Source: an uncultured Chloroflexia bacterium (GTDB lineage: Bacteria; Chloroflexota; Limnocylindria; Limnocylindrales; CSP1-4). Taken from it: 64,000 nucleotides of DNA. Shown piece by piece: positions 18,931-32,082 of this stretch (position 1 is the stretch's first letter; the number at the start of each line of letters is the position of its first letter). Below the pieces are notes generated by a model. That model ran no database searches, was not told the DNA's origin, and saw only the letters and a program-made list of their open reading frames with translations. The position numbers and the translations under genes were made by a program. The stretch is from assembly GCA_963819655.1 (NCBI GenBank), contig CAWFXA010000002.1, forward strand, positions 1,568,001 to 1,632,000, in the 5' to 3' direction.

Positions 18931-20273
18931 GCGTCGGACTGCAGCGCCTCCGCGACGAGCCCGACGTCATCCGTCAGGGCGCGATCGACAAGGGAGAAGA
19001 CCCCTCGATCGTCGATCGGGCGCTCGAGCTGGATACACGTCGGCGCCTGCTGCTCGGCGAGAGCGAGGCGCTCAAGGCGGAACGGAATGCTGCCTCGAAG
19101 CGGATCGGCGAGGCGATCAAGGGCGGGGCGAAGCCGGACGGACCCGAGGTCGCCGAGCTCAAGGCGGCATCGGTCGCGGCTGGCGAACGGATCACGGCGC
19201 TCGACGCCGAGCTGGTCGAGGTCGAAGCAGCGGTCGAGGACGCGCTCCTGCGGATCCCGAACCCCGCCGACCCGGATGTGCCGGTCGGGGGCGAGGACGC
19301 CAACGTCACGGTCCGGACGTGGGGCGAGATCCTCGCCCGCGAACAGCCCGTCGAGGGCGAGGTCGGCGCCGATGCGCCAGCAGGCGGGGCGACGTGGACC
19401 CGCAGGCCGCACTGGGAGATCGGGGAGGCGCTCGACATCATCGACAACGTCCGTGGCGCGAAGATCGCGGGCTCCGGATTTCCTGTGTACAAGGGCGCCG
19501 GTTCGGCGCTGCAGCGTGGGCTGATCTCGTGGTTCCTCGATGTGCATACACGCGAGAACGGTTTCACCGAGGTGTGGCCGCCTGCAGTCGTGAACACGGC
19601 GTCGGCGACCGGCACGGGCCAGATCCCGGACAAGGAAGACCAGATGTACGTCGTGACGCGCGACGAGCTCTACCTTGTCCCGACGGCCGAGGTCCCGGTC
19701 ACGAACCTCCATCGTGACGAGATCCTCGAGACGTCCGAGCTTCCGATCCGGTACGCGGCCTACACACCCTGCTTCCGCCGGGAAGCGGGCGCCGCCGGCA
19801 AGGACACGCGCGGGATCCTGCGCGTCCACCAGTTCGACAAGGTCGAGATGGTGCTGTTCGAGCGGCCGGAGGCCTCACCCGCAGCGCTGGAGTGGATGAC
19901 CGAGCGGGCCGAGATCCTGCTGCAACGCCTGGGGCTGGCCTACCGGGTCCTGCTGATGAGCACCCGCGAGATGGGCTTCGTGCAGGCCAGGAAGTACGAC
20001 CTCGAGGTCTGGTCGCCGGGCGTGGAACGCTGGCTCGAGGTGAGCTCGTGCTCGAACTTCCGCGACTACCAGGCTCGCCGGATGGCCATACGGTTCCGAC
20101 CCGAGCCCGGCGCCAAGCCCGAGCTCGTGCACACGCTCAACGGGTCGGGTCTCGCGTTGGCGCGTGTCGTGGCGGCCCTGCTCGAGACGTTCCAGCAGCC
20201 CGATGGCTCGGTAACAGTGCCGGAGGTGCTCCGACCCTACCTCGGTCGGGACGCGATCACCGCGCCTGCCTGA
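18927..20273 (+). CDS. serS: Serine--tRNA ligase
   Basis: N-terminal coiled coil, LVPTAEVP, FRREAG, EVSSCSN and HTLNGSGLA. Confidence 0.97.
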   Translation: MSVGLQRLRDEPDVIRQGAIDKGEDPSIVDRALELDTRRRLLLGESEALKAERNAASKRIGEAIKGGAKPDGPEVAELKAASVAAGERITALDAELVEVEAAVEDALLRIPNPADPDVPVGGEDANVTVRTWGEILAREQPVEGEVGADAPAGGATWTRRPHWEIGEALDIIDNVRGAKIAGSGFPVYKGAGSALQRGLISWFLDVHTRENGFTEVWPPAVVNTASATGTGQIPDKEDQMYVVTRDELYLVPTAEVPVTNLHRDEILETSELPIRYAAYTPCFRREAGAAGKDTRGILRVHQFDKVEMVLFERPEASPAALEWMTERAEILLQRLGLAYRVLLMSTREMGFVQARKYDLEVWSPGVERWLEVSSCSNFRDYQARRMAIRFRPEPGAKPELVHTLNGSGLALARVVAALLETFQQPDGSVTVPEVLRPYLGRDAITAPA

Positions 20274-20601
20274 GCCGCCAGAGCCAGGCTGCGATGTACA
20301 CGGCCGTTGCCACGTAGGCCCTCCGGGGCCGACCCGCGAGGTCAAGGCGCCGCTCGGCGCCACCATCGATCGCGAGCCAGAGCGCAACGACGGCTGCCAG
20401 CGGGCCGAACGGGTGGAACCTGATCGAGTCGCCCAGGCGACCATGGCCGAGCGCCTGCCACGACCGTGTCAGACCGCACGAGGGACACGGCCGGCCGGTG
20501 ATCCTGCGAAAGAGGCACACCATCGGCGCGTCGTGCAGCACCCGATCGGGTAGCAGGACGGCGCCGACCAGCCCGGCCGAGGCGAGTGCCCGGAGCCGCA
20601 T
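20257..20601 (-). CDS. DUF2752-like membrane protein
   Basis: CLFRRITGRPCPSCGLTRS motif. Confidence 0.8.
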   Translation of the reverse strand: MRLRALASAGLVGAVLLPDRVLHDAPMVCLFRRITGRPCPSCGLTRSWQALGHGRLGDSIRFHPFGPLAAVVALWLAIDGGAERRLDLAGRPRRAYVATAVYIAAWLWRLRQAR

Positions 20602-20981
20602 CAGCTGCGGCGCAGCGGCAGGTTGTTCGCGTCGGGAAGCCGCCCCATGACGATCAGGATCAGGTCGATCAATGCCCAGATGCCCAGGCCCCCACACGTG
20701 AGCAGCTTGACGATCCCGAGCCCCGTGTAGCCGAGATAGAAGCGGTCGATGCCAAGGACGCCCACGAAGAGCGACAGCAGCACCGCCGTCAGCCAGTCCT
20801 TCTCGGAGAAGACGCCCGGCACCTCGGCCGCCTGGAACCAGCTGCCCGTGCCGTCGGCGCGCTTGACGAGGGACGTCGACTTGAGCATCCCGTTGCGCGC
20901 CTGCGCCTGCAGCTCCACGGGGGTGAACGGACCGTCCTCGGCCCCCATCCGTTGAACGAGGAAACTGTCGGGCCCACTCAT
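20601..20981 (-). CDS. TM2-domain protein with N-terminal GYF_2-like domain
   Basis: GPFTPVELQ...W followed by KDWLTAVLLSLFVGVLGIDRFYLG...GIWALIDLI. Confidence 0.85.
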   Translation of the reverse strand: MSGPDSFLVQRMGAEDGPFTPVELQAQARNGMLKSTSLVKRADGTGSWFQAAEVPGVFSEKDWLTAVLLSLFVGVLGIDRFYLGYTGLGIVKLLTCGGLGIWALIDLILIVMGRLPDANNLPLRRS

Positions 20982-21063
20982 GGCGTCCTCCCGTGTCGTG
21001 TTTCGTACCGGTCCAGCATAGTCATGGCGGGTGGTCGCGTCGTTGACTGCTACCCTCTGCCGC

Positions 21064-21151
21064 GGAGAGGTGGCCGAGCGGTTGAAGGCGGCGCTCTTGA
21101 AAAGCGCAAAGTCGAAAGACTTCGTGGGTTCGAATCCCACCCTCTCCGCCA
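21064..21151 (+). tRNA. tRNA-Ser(UGA)
   Basis: GGAGAGG acceptor stem, anticodon arm GCGCT-CT-TGA-AA-AGCGC, long variable arm, GTTCGAATC and encoded CCA. Confidence 0.96.
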
Positions 21152-21155
21152 TGCC

Positions 21156-21557
21156 GTGACGGGGCCGCTGCCGGGGTTGTGTGGCACGTGCCGCCACTCG
21201 CGGATCGTCGAAAATCGTCGCGGTTCCATGTTCCGCCTCTGCGAGCGGTCCGTGACGGATCCCCGCTACCCGCGCTACCCGAACCAGCCAGTCCTGCGGT
21301 GCGAGGGGTGGGAGCCCGCCGGCCCCGAGTCAAAGCCAGGAGCCTGGCGCACCGCGCTTGACGCTCCCGGTCGCCCGACACATACTCCGCCGACATCACG
21401 AAGAGCGGGCTATGAACGGGACGAGTACCCGTCGAGCGTCGGCAGAGAGACCCGGTGGTTGGTGGAAACCGGGGCGACGACGGCGGTGAATGGACCCGGG
21501 AGCCTCCGGACCGAACGGCACACGGCGATCGGGAACGACCACCGCACCGCCCAGTAG
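21156..21557 (+). CDS. Small Cys-rich hypothetical protein (likely core about 21156-21320; ORF runs on into the T-box leader)
   Basis: GLCGTCRHSRIVENRRGSMFRLCERSVTDPRYPRYPNQPVLRCEGW, with a CxxC...C...C pattern; 3' end uncertain. Confidence 0.55.
   Translation: MTGPLPGLCGTCRHSRIVENRRGSMFRLCERSVTDPRYPRYPNQPVLRCEGWEPAGPESKPGAWRTALDAPGRPTHTPPTSRRAGYERDEYPSSVGRETRWLVETGATTAVNGPGSLRTERHTAIGNDHRTAQ
21358..21386 (+). promoter_or_regulatory. Sigma70 promoter of the trp operon
   Basis: TTGACG-N17-CATACT just upstream of the T-box. Confidence 0.7.
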
Positions 21558-21725
21558 GCTCCGGCGCAGAGCGCCAGCGATAGAGGGCAGCGCCGATCGC
21601 CTGGGACCCGACCGCCGAGCGCGGACCACCGGACCCCGGCCGCCGGTCACGAGAGTGCGGCATCGCCGAATGAGGGTGGCACCGCGGAAGGCACGACCTT
21701 TCGTCCCAGTGACGATCGGTCGTAT
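21405..21725 (+). promoter_or_regulatory. T-box riboswitch with Trp (UGG) specifier
   Basis: Stem I with AGTA, AGAGA and GGTGGAA motifs, specifier GAA-TGG-ACC (TGG at 21491-21493), and T-box TGAGGGTGGCACCGCG at 21671-21686 pairing with CGTCCC. Confidence 0.9.
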
Positions 21726-21747
21726 CTGATTCTCGAGGCCCCAAGCG

Positions 21748-23337
21748 ATGACCACAGCCGACCCCATCAGCCTGAGCCAGGCCAAACGGCTCGCCGGCAG
21801 CGCGGACACCATCCGCCTGCGCGCCACGCGCCCGGCCGACCTCGAGACCCCCATCGGCGCATTCCTGCGCCTCGACGACGGCAACCCGGCCTATCTCCTC
21901 GAATCGGTCGAAGGCGGCGAGCGTCTCGGGCGCTACTCCTTCCTCGGGGTCGGCCCGCGCCGCCTGCTCGAGGTCCGCGACGGCCGATCGCGTATCCAGA
22001 CCCGGCCGGTCACGGTGCCGACCTACTCAGCCGACCTCCCGATCGAGACCGACGACGCCCGAGACCCGCTCGACGCCATCCGTGATTTCGTCCGCCGCCG
22101 CCGCGTCGAGCCGACCGATGGGATGCCGCGTTTCACGGGCGGCGCCGTCGGGGCGATCTCGTACGACGCGGTCTCTTCCTTCGAGACCACGGTCCCGCTC
22201 CCGGATCGCGACCCGATCGGCGTCCCGACCGCTTCGTTCATCGAGACCGACCTCGTCCTCGTGTTCGACCACCTGACCCACACCCTGTCGGCGATCGCGT
22301 CGCTCCACACCGACGCCCCCGATCTCGAGGGTCGCTATCGCATCGCGGAGGCCGCCATCTTCGAGGCGCTGGAGCGGACGGCACGGCCGAGTGCGGCGGA
22401 GCTCGCCGGGCCCCCGACCCGGACGAACGACACGACCACGCTGGCCGGGCCGATCGACACGAGCCTCGGTCGCGAGGAGTACATCCACGCCGTCGAGGTC
22501 GCCAAGGACGCGATCGCCGCCGGCGAGGCGATCCAGGTCGTGCTCGCCCGACGGCAGTCGTTCGGCCTGCCGCTCGATCCGACGACCGGTCGGACGCTCG
22601 ACGGCATCGGGCTCTATCGATCTCTGCGGCGGGTGAACCCGAGTCCGTACCTGTTCTTCGTCCGGACGCCGCAGTTCGAGGTGGTCGGCGCCTCGCCGGA
22701 GCTGCTGCTCCAGGCCGAGGGCGACAAGCTCACGACGCACCCGATCGCCGGAACGCGGCCGCGCGGGGCGGATGCCCGTCAGGACGAGCTCCTCGCCGAG
22801 CAGCTCCAGAAGGACCCGAAGGAACGCGCCGAGCACGTGATGCTCGTGGACCTGGGTCGGAACGATCTCGGTCGGGTCTCCCGCGCCGGGACCGTCACGG
22901 TCAGTAAGTACATGGAAGTCGAGCGCTACAGCCATGTGCTCCACCTGGTGTCGCATGTCGAAGGCCGCCTGAAGCCCGAGCTCGACGCGCTCGACGCGCT
23001 GCGGGCCGTCTTCCCGGCTGGGACTCTCAGCGGCGCGCCCAAGGTCAGGGCCATGCAGCTCATCGCCGCCGCGGAAGGGGAGCGGCGCGGGTTGTACGGT
23101 GGCGCGGTGGGCTACCTCGGCTACGACGGCAACCTCGACACCGCGATCACCATCCGGAGCGCGGTCCTGAAGGACGGTCAGGCCCACGTCCATACGGGCG
23201 CCGGCATCGTCGCCGGCTCCGTGCCGGAGTCCGAATTCGAGGAAACGGAACACAAGGCGGCCGCCCTCCGCCGCGCCATCGAGCAAGCGGCCGGCGTGCC
23301 CGAAGCCCCGCGAGAAGCAGCAGAGGCGACCACATGA
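21748..23337 (+). CDS. trpE: Anthranilate synthase component I
   Basis: YLLESVEGGERLGRYS, NPSPY, GASPE, PIAGTRPRG, EHVMLVDLGRND and GTLSGAPK. Confidence 0.96.
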   Translation: MTTADPISLSQAKRLAGSADTIRLRATRPADLETPIGAFLRLDDGNPAYLLESVEGGERLGRYSFLGVGPRRLLEVRDGRSRIQTRPVTVPTYSADLPIETDDARDPLDAIRDFVRRRRVEPTDGMPRFTGGAVGAISYDAVSSFETTVPLPDRDPIGVPTASFIETDLVLVFDHLTHTLSAIASLHTDAPDLEGRYRIAEAAIFEALERTARPSAAELAGPPTRTNDTTTLAGPIDTSLGREEYIHAVEVAKDAIAAGEAIQVVLARRQSFGLPLDPTTGRTLDGIGLYRSLRRVNPSPYLFFVRTPQFEVVGASPELLLQAEGDKLTTHPIAGTRPRGADARQDELLAEQLQKDPKERAEHVMLVDLGRNDLGRVSRAGTVTVSKYMEVERYSHVLHLVSHVEGRLKPELDALDALRAVFPAGTLSGAPKVRAMQLIAAAEGERRGLYGGAVGYLGYDGNLDTAITIRSAVLKDGQAHVHTGAGIVAGSVPESEFEETEHKAAALRRAIEQAAGVPEAPREAAEATT

Positions 23338-24017
23338 TCCTGGTCGTCGACAACTACGACAGCTTCACGTTCAACCTCGTCCAGGCGCTACAGGCCGCCG
23401 GAGCCGATGTCAGGGTCGTCCGCAACGACGCGATCGATCGGGCCGGGCTCGAGGCCCTCGCCGACGACCCGAACAGCGACCTGCGGGGCATCGTGATCTC
23501 GCCTGGTCCGGGCGACCCGGACGACGCCGGCATCTCGGTCGCGACGATCGAGGTCGCCGCCCAGCGGGAGATCCCGCTACTGGGCGTGTGCCTCGGCATG
23601 CAGTCGATGGCGGCCGCATACGGCGCAGCCATCGTCCGCGCCCCGACGCTCGTCCACGGCGAGGCGACCGAGGTGACCCACGATGGGGCGGGGCTGCTCG
23701 AGGGGATGCCGCCGTCGTTCATGGCGGCGCGCTACCACTCGCTGGCCATCGACCCGGCCACGCTCCCGCCGGAGCTGCGGGTGACCGCGATGAGCGAGGT
23801 CGATCGCGTGATCATGGGCATCCGCCACGTCGCGCTGCCGATGGAAGGCGTCCAGTTCCACCCCGAGAGCGTCCTCACGCCGCAGGGCCCGCACCTGCTC
23901 GCGAACTTCCTCCGCCAGGCGGGCGAGGGTGAGGCGTCACGGCTGGACGCCGCGACCGGGTCGTTCGCGACGGCGGGTCTCGCCCAGGCGATCGGCGACG
24001 GCGAGGCCGACCGATGA
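23334..24017 (+). CDS. trpG: Anthranilate synthase component II (glutamine amidotransferase)
   Basis: DNYDSFTFNL, SPGPG, GVCLG, RYHSL and QFHPES. Confidence 0.95.
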   Translation: MILVVDNYDSFTFNLVQALQAAGADVRVVRNDAIDRAGLEALADDPNSDLRGIVISPGPGDPDDAGISVATIEVAAQREIPLLGVCLGMQSMAAAYGAAIVRAPTLVHGEATEVTHDGAGLLEGMPPSFMAARYHSLAIDPATLPPELRVTAMSEVDRVIMGIRHVALPMEGVQFHPESVLTPQGPHLLANFLRQAGEGEASRLDAATGSFATAGLAQAIGDGEADR

Positions 24018-25047
24018 GCGATGCAGTTCGCGTGGCGCTCGCCTCGATCGTCGAGGGCGGGACGCTCACGCTCGACGAGGCGCGCCTCGCGATGGGCGCG
24101 GTGATGGACGGCGAGGCGACGCCGGCCCAGCTCGCGGCGCTGCTCATGGGCCTGCGCATGCGCGGCGAGACCGTCGATGAGCTGGCGGGCTTCGCGTCGG
24201 CGATGCGCGAGCGGGTCGTCCGCGTCGAGGCGCCGGAGGGCACGATCGATGTCGTCGGGACCGGTGGCGACGGCAGCGGGACATTCAACATCTCCACGGC
24301 GGCGGCCCTGGTCGTGGCGGCGGGCGGTGTCCCGGTGGCCAAGCACGGCAACCGGGCGATCACCTCGAAGGCGGGTTCGGCCGACGTCCTCGACGCCCTC
24401 GGTGTGCGCATCGACCACGACGCAGGCTCCGCCGGCGCCGCGCTGCGCGAAACCGGCTTCGCCTTCCTGTTCGCGCCGTCCTTCCATCCCGCGATGAAGC
24501 ACGCCGGCCCGACCCGCCGCGAGATCGGGGTCCGGACGGCGTTCAACCTGCTCGGCCCCCTGACGAACCCCGCGGGCACGAGCCGGCAATTGCTCGGCGT
24601 CGGCGACGCGGGCGCAGCTGCACGGATGGCGGAGGTCGCCCAGCGCCTCGGGACGGAGCGGACGTTCGTGATCCACGGCGCCGGGATCGATGAGCTCCCG
24701 CTCGACGACAGCGGCGTGCTGTACCACGTCGCCCCGGACGCCATCGATCGCCACGATATCCCGGCCTCCAAGCTCGGGTTGCGGGTGACGCCGACGGCGA
24801 AGCTCGCCGGTGGGACGCCGGAACAGAACGCCCGGACGATCGAGGCGATCTCCCGTGGCGAGCCCGGCGTGAAGCGCGATGTCGTCCTGCTCAACGCCGG
24901 TGCCGCGTTCCTCGTCGCCGGCGAGGTCGAGAACCTCGAGGGCGGGATCGAGCGCGCGGCCCTGACGATCGATGCCGGGCTCGTCACCGACCTGCTCCAG
25001 CGTCTCCGAGCCGAGCGCGCCGCGCATGTCCCGGCCGAGGCGACCAC

Positions 25048-25051
<4 letters not shown>
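24014..25051 (+). CDS. trpD: Anthranilate phosphoribosyltransferase
   Basis: GTGGDG, NIST, KHGN and FNLLGPLTNP. Confidence 0.96.
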
Positions 25052-27845
<2,794 letters not shown>

Positions 27846-27849
<4 letters not shown>

Positions 27850-28202
27850 CCGGCGGCGACGTCCGAGATCTGTGCCTCGCGCTGCCCGACACGACCGAGA
27901 AGGAGACGTGGGGCGACGAGCTGAACGCGGGCCACCCGACATTCCGCGTGCGCGACAAGATCTTCGTGATCATGGCGGTCGACGAAAGCGGTGGCAGCAT
28001 CAAGACGAGCCTGGGCGAGCAGGCGGAGCTCGTGACTGCCTTTCCGGATGCGGCCGGGGTCGCGGCGTATGTGGGTCGCTATGGCTGGGTCGATGTCGAA
28101 TTCGCCGGCATCCCGGATGAGGTGCTGCGCGAGGTCATCGAGGGGGCCTGGGCACGGACGGCGCCCAAGAAGGTTGCCGAGGCGTGGCGGTCGAGTCGAT
28201 GA
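27846..28202 (+). CDS. MmcQ/YjbR family protein
   Basis: VRDLCLALPDTTEKETWG, PTFRVRDKIF, AYVGRYGWV and WARTAPK. Translationally coupled on both sides. Confidence 0.85.
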
Positions 28203-29053
28203 CGATGACGGCAGATGCGGCCGCCCCGCCGGCCGGGACCAACGACACCGCCGGTGCCCGCAGGATCGCGGCGGCCTTCGCCCGCGCTCGAGGGGACGGC
28301 CGAGCAGCGCTCATCCCGTACGTCGTGGCAGGTTATCCAGATGCGGAGACCAGCGTCGACATCGCTCTTGCGGCGGCCGACGCCGGCGCCGACCTGCTCG
28401 AGGTCGGCCTCCCGTACAGCGATCCTCTCGCCGACGGGGCGACGCTGCAGCGCGCGTCTGGCGCGGCCCTGAAGGCAGGCGCCTCGCTCGAGGGCTCGCT
28501 GCGGCTCATCGAGCGCATCGGCGCGGCACGTCCGGACCTGCCGCTGGCGCCGATGGGCTACGCCAACCAGGTCATCGGAGGTGGCGATGGGGAGGCGGTG
28601 GCGCGACGGCTGGCCGGCGCGGGGGCGGCCGGGGTGATCGTCGCCGACCTGACACCGGACGAGGGGGCGCCATTCGAGGCGGTCGCGCGCGACGCTGGGC
28701 TCGCGGTCGTGTACCTCGTCGCCCCGACGACACCACCAGCGCGGCGGGCCATGATCGCCGCCCGGAGCGGCGGCTTCCTGTATTGCGTGTCACTCGTCGG
28801 TGTGACGGGCGCTCGTTCCACCCTGCCGTCGTCGGTCGGCGACCTGATCCGCGATGTTCGAGCCGTCTCGCCGGTGCCTGTCGCGGTCGGCTTCGGCGTC
28901 AGCAAGCCGGCCCACGTTCGGGCGCTCGCGAAGGCCGGCGCCGACGGTGTGATCGTCGCATCTGCGCTCGTCGACGCGCTGGGCGACGGCGGCCGGGACA
29001 TCGGCGCGCTGTCCGACCTCGTCGGCCGCCTTCGCGCCGCCACGGCAGCCTGA
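28199..29053 (+). CDS. trpA: Tryptophan synthase alpha chain
   Basis: LIPYVVAGYP, EVGLPYSDPLADG, SLVGVTG and VGFGVS. Confidence 0.96.
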   Translation: MTMTADAAAPPAGTNDTAGARRIAAAFARARGDGRAALIPYVVAGYPDAETSVDIALAAADAGADLLEVGLPYSDPLADGATLQRASGAALKAGASLEGSLRLIERIGAARPDLPLAPMGYANQVIGGGDGEAVARRLAGAGAAGVIVADLTPDEGAPFEAVARDAGLAVVYLVAPTTPPARRAMIAARSGGFLYCVSLVGVTGARSTLPSSVGDLIRDVRAVSPVPVAVGFGVSKPAHVRALAKAGADGVIVASALVDALGDGGRDIGALSDLVGRLRAATAA

Positions 29054-29054
29054 G

Positions 29055-29594
29055 GTGCAACCCCCGCGGCCGCGCTTGATCCGTCGGCAGGTGGACCGTT
29101 TCCGCGCGAAGCCATCGTCGCTGCGGAACGCGGCGGTCGTGATCGTCACCGTCACGATCGCGACGGTCGTCATCGGCAGCGTCATCGTGTGGCTGTTCGA
29201 CCCGCGCGACTTCCCCGACCTCGGGACCGCCGTCTGGTTCACGCTGCAGACCGTGACCACCGTGGGGTATGGCGACGTCACCCCGACGAATCCGATCGGA
29301 CGTGTCGTCGCGGGCGTTGTCATGCTCGTCGCCATCGCATTCCTGACCGTGGTGACCGCTCTCATCACGTCGACCTTCATCGAGGCAGCCCAGCGCGAGC
29401 GGCTGGCGAGTGATGACGCCGCGGAGCAGGACGCGCACGACCTGATCGACGCCCGCTTCGATGAGCTCGCTCAACGCCTGGCCGCGATCGAAGGGGCCCT
29501 GGCGCGCATCGAGCACGGCGCGCCGGCCGTCGACCCGAACGAGGCGACCGATGCATCGGCGCCGGAACGACCGTCCGAGACCGAGCGGACTTGA
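29055..29594 (+). CDS. Two-TM potassium channel family protein
   Basis: TVTTVGYGD selectivity filter between two transmembrane helices. Confidence 0.88.
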   Translation: MQPPRPRLIRRQVDRFRAKPSSLRNAAVVIVTVTIATVVIGSVIVWLFDPRDFPDLGTAVWFTLQTVTTVGYGDVTPTNPIGRVVAGVVMLVAIAFLTVVTALITSTFIEAAQRERLASDDAAEQDAHDLIDARFDELAQRLAAIEGALARIEHGAPAVDPNEATDASAPERPSETERT

Positions 29595-30511
29595 CGGTCA
29601 CCTTCTTGGGCGTCCCCACGAACTCGTCAGGGACGACCGATGGGGTCGCGCGGGCGCCCGAGGTCGTCCGTGCGAGTGGCGTGACTGCCGGCCTTGACCG
29701 AACCCGCCCGGACGTCATCGACGGTGGCGACATCGCCGTCGATCCGCCGACCATGATGCGCGGCGACGACGGCGTCATCGACAGCGCGAACCTGGCATCG
29801 ACCCTTGCCCGGACCCGCGCAGCCGTGGCCGATCGACGCCGTCGAGGAGACCGCGTGATCCTGCTCGGTGGCGACTGTCCGATCCTGATCGGCGGACTCG
29901 CTGGCTGCCTCGAGGCCGACGGCGAGCTGCCTGCCCTGCTGTTCGTCGACGGCCACGAGGACGCCTGGCCGCCCGATGCGTCGACGACCGGCGAGGCGGC
30001 CGACATGGAGCTTGGCTGGCTTCTCGGTCGCGGCCGCGACACGTTGAGCGAGGGGTTGCGTGCCGAGATCCCGCGGCTCGTGCCCGAGCGCGTGGCGATC
30101 CTTGGGCCGCGCGACCGGTCGGAGATCGTCGCGGCCGGCGTCGAGCCACTCGACGACCTGGTGCCTGTCGTCGACGACGTGGCCGTCGCGCTGGATCCGG
30201 CAGCGGCGGCGACTCATGCGCTCGAGCGGATCGCGCCGGACGGTCGCCCATGGTGGCTCCATATCGACCTCGACGTCCTCTCGACGCGGGCGATGCCTGC
30301 CGTGGATTATCGGCAGCCAGGTGGCCTCTCCTGGTCAGAGTTGCGCGAACTGACGGTTGCCGCGCTTGGTCGGGGCGGCTGCATCGCCGCGACGGTCACG
30401 ATCTACAACCCGGACCTCGACCCGGACCGGCGATACGCCCGGCAGATCGCCTCGTTCTGTCTGGACCTTGCCGACCGACTCCGGGCCGCGCTCCCCGCCA
30501 CAACCGCGTGA
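29591..30511 (+). CDS. Arginase/ureohydrolase family protein
   Basis: LGGDCP, VDGHED, HIDLDVL, QPGGL and YNPDLD. Confidence 0.85.
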   Translation: MTVTFLGVPTNSSGTTDGVARAPEVVRASGVTAGLDRTRPDVIDGGDIAVDPPTMMRGDDGVIDSANLASTLARTRAAVADRRRRGDRVILLGGDCPILIGGLAGCLEADGELPALLFVDGHEDAWPPDASTTGEAADMELGWLLGRGRDTLSEGLRAEIPRLVPERVAILGPRDRSEIVAAGVEPLDDLVPVVDDVAVALDPAAAATHALERIAPDGRPWWLHIDLDVLSTRAMPAVDYRQPGGLSWSELRELTVAALGRGGCIAATVTIYNPDLDPDRRYARQIASFCLDLADRLRAALPATTA

Positions 30512-30541
30512 GGCCGTCCGTCGAGCTCCTATCCTTACTGC

Positions 30542-31207
30542 ATGGCCCGCAACAAGATCGAGATCGGCGAGGAGGTCGGCGCCAAGAGGGCGTTCGTGTG
30601 GGCGATCGACTGGCCCGGCTGGTGCCGTTCTGGCAAGACCGTCGAAGAGGCGCGTGACGCCCTCATCGCGTACGCACCGCGCTATGCCCCAGTCGCGAAG
30701 ATCGCCGGGCTGACCCTGCCGGCCGCGAACGGGATCGCGCTTCACGTCGTCGACACCGTCGAGGGCGGCGGCGGGACCGATTTCGGCGTGCCGTCCTCGA
30801 TCACGAAGGCAGACCGCCGACGCGTGACCCGCGCGGAGGCCGACCGGCTGGCGAACCTCGTCGAGGCCGCGTGGACCACCTTCGATCGCGTCGCGGTCGG
30901 CGCGCCGCCGAGCTGCGCAAGGGTCCGCGCGGTGGCGGCCGCGACCGCGACAAGATGGTCGGCCACGTCATCGAGGCGGACCACGCCTACGCCCGCGAGA
31001 TCGGCCTCCGGATGAAGGAGCCGCACTTCGGCGATCGTGCATCGATCGAGGCCGAGCGCAGCCGCCGTCCTCGAGGCGCTCCGCCACCCCTCCGATGGCA
31101 GTCCGCTCGCGGACAGGAAATGGACGCTGCGCTATGCCGCACGGCGCATCGCCTGGCACGCCCTCGACCACGCGTGGGAGATGGAGGACCGATCGGAGCC
31201 CGGCTGA
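30542..31207 (+). CDS. Conserved hypothetical protein, interrupted by two compensating frameshifts (about 30906 and 31060)
   Basis: AIDWPGWCRSGK...TDFGVP / ELRKGPRGGGRDRDK / WTLRYAARRIAWHALDHAWEMEDRS, read across frames. Confidence 0.75.
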
Positions 31208-31240
31208 TGTCGCGCGGGCCGCCGGCCAGGTCGATCCGAA

Positions 31241-32081
31241 CTAAGCGCTCCGTCCCGACGAATAGCCGGTCGCGATCGCCGCCATCTCGATCACCTCGGC
31301 CGGACTCCGCCCAGCCGCTCGCAGCTCCCGGACGCCCGTATCGCCCGCCGACTTCGACAGCTTGTGGCCATCCGGACGAAGGACCAGCGGGTGGTGGGCG
31401 AACGCGGGTGGTGCCACGCGACCGAGCGCTCGCCCCAGCCGGACCTGGCTCGCCGTCGCGTGGAGCAGGTCCCGGCCGCGGACCACGAGGTCCACGCCCT
31501 GCCGCGCGTCGTCGACGACGACGCAGAAGCCGTACGTCCAGTTGCCGTGGCGGTCGCGGATCGGCAGATCGCCGGCTGGCGCGACGTCGTCCTCACATGG
31601 GCCTGCAAGCGCGTCCGTCCAGGACTCGTGCCCGGCACCGAGCGCGACCCGCAGGACTGGTCCGGTCACCCCGCGGCCACGACAACCGCCCGGACAGCCG
31701 GCACCGGACCACGCACGACCGTTGGCGGCCGCCCATGCCGAGAGACGTCGAGCGCGAGCAGTCGCAGCCGTAGACCAGGTCGCCTGCCTGGAGAACGTCC
31801 AGGGCGGCCCGATACGCGGCGCCCGCGTCGGGATCCGATTGGCGGATCGGACCGAGATCCGCACGGAACCCGAGCCAATCGAGGTCCTCGAGCAGCGCCT
31901 CGTCGAACTCCGGCCGGCACCGCTGGCGATCGTGGTCCTCGATCCTGAGCAGGACGCGCGCTCCGCGCGACGCCGCCAGGCCCCACGTCCAGACCGCGTT
32001 CGCGACGTGCCCGAGATGGAGGTAACCGGTCGGCGCGGGCGCGAACCGGGTCAGGGTCGCGGTCGCCGTCGCGCCGTCCAC
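31241..32081 (-). CDS. gluQ: Glutamyl-Q tRNA(Asp) synthetase-like protein, with one apparent frameshift near 31745
   Basis: TRFAPAPTGYLHLGH, LRIEDHD and CDCSR, then in another frame VVVDD, VVRGRDL and KLSKS; no anticodon-binding domain. Confidence 0.82.
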
Positions 32082-32082
32082 G

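Noticed and set aside
21064-21151. tRNA with TGA anticodon read as a selenocysteine or suppressor tRNA
   Set aside because: Anticodon UGA decodes UCA (Ser); tRNA-Sec has anticodon UCA and an 8-bp acceptor stem.
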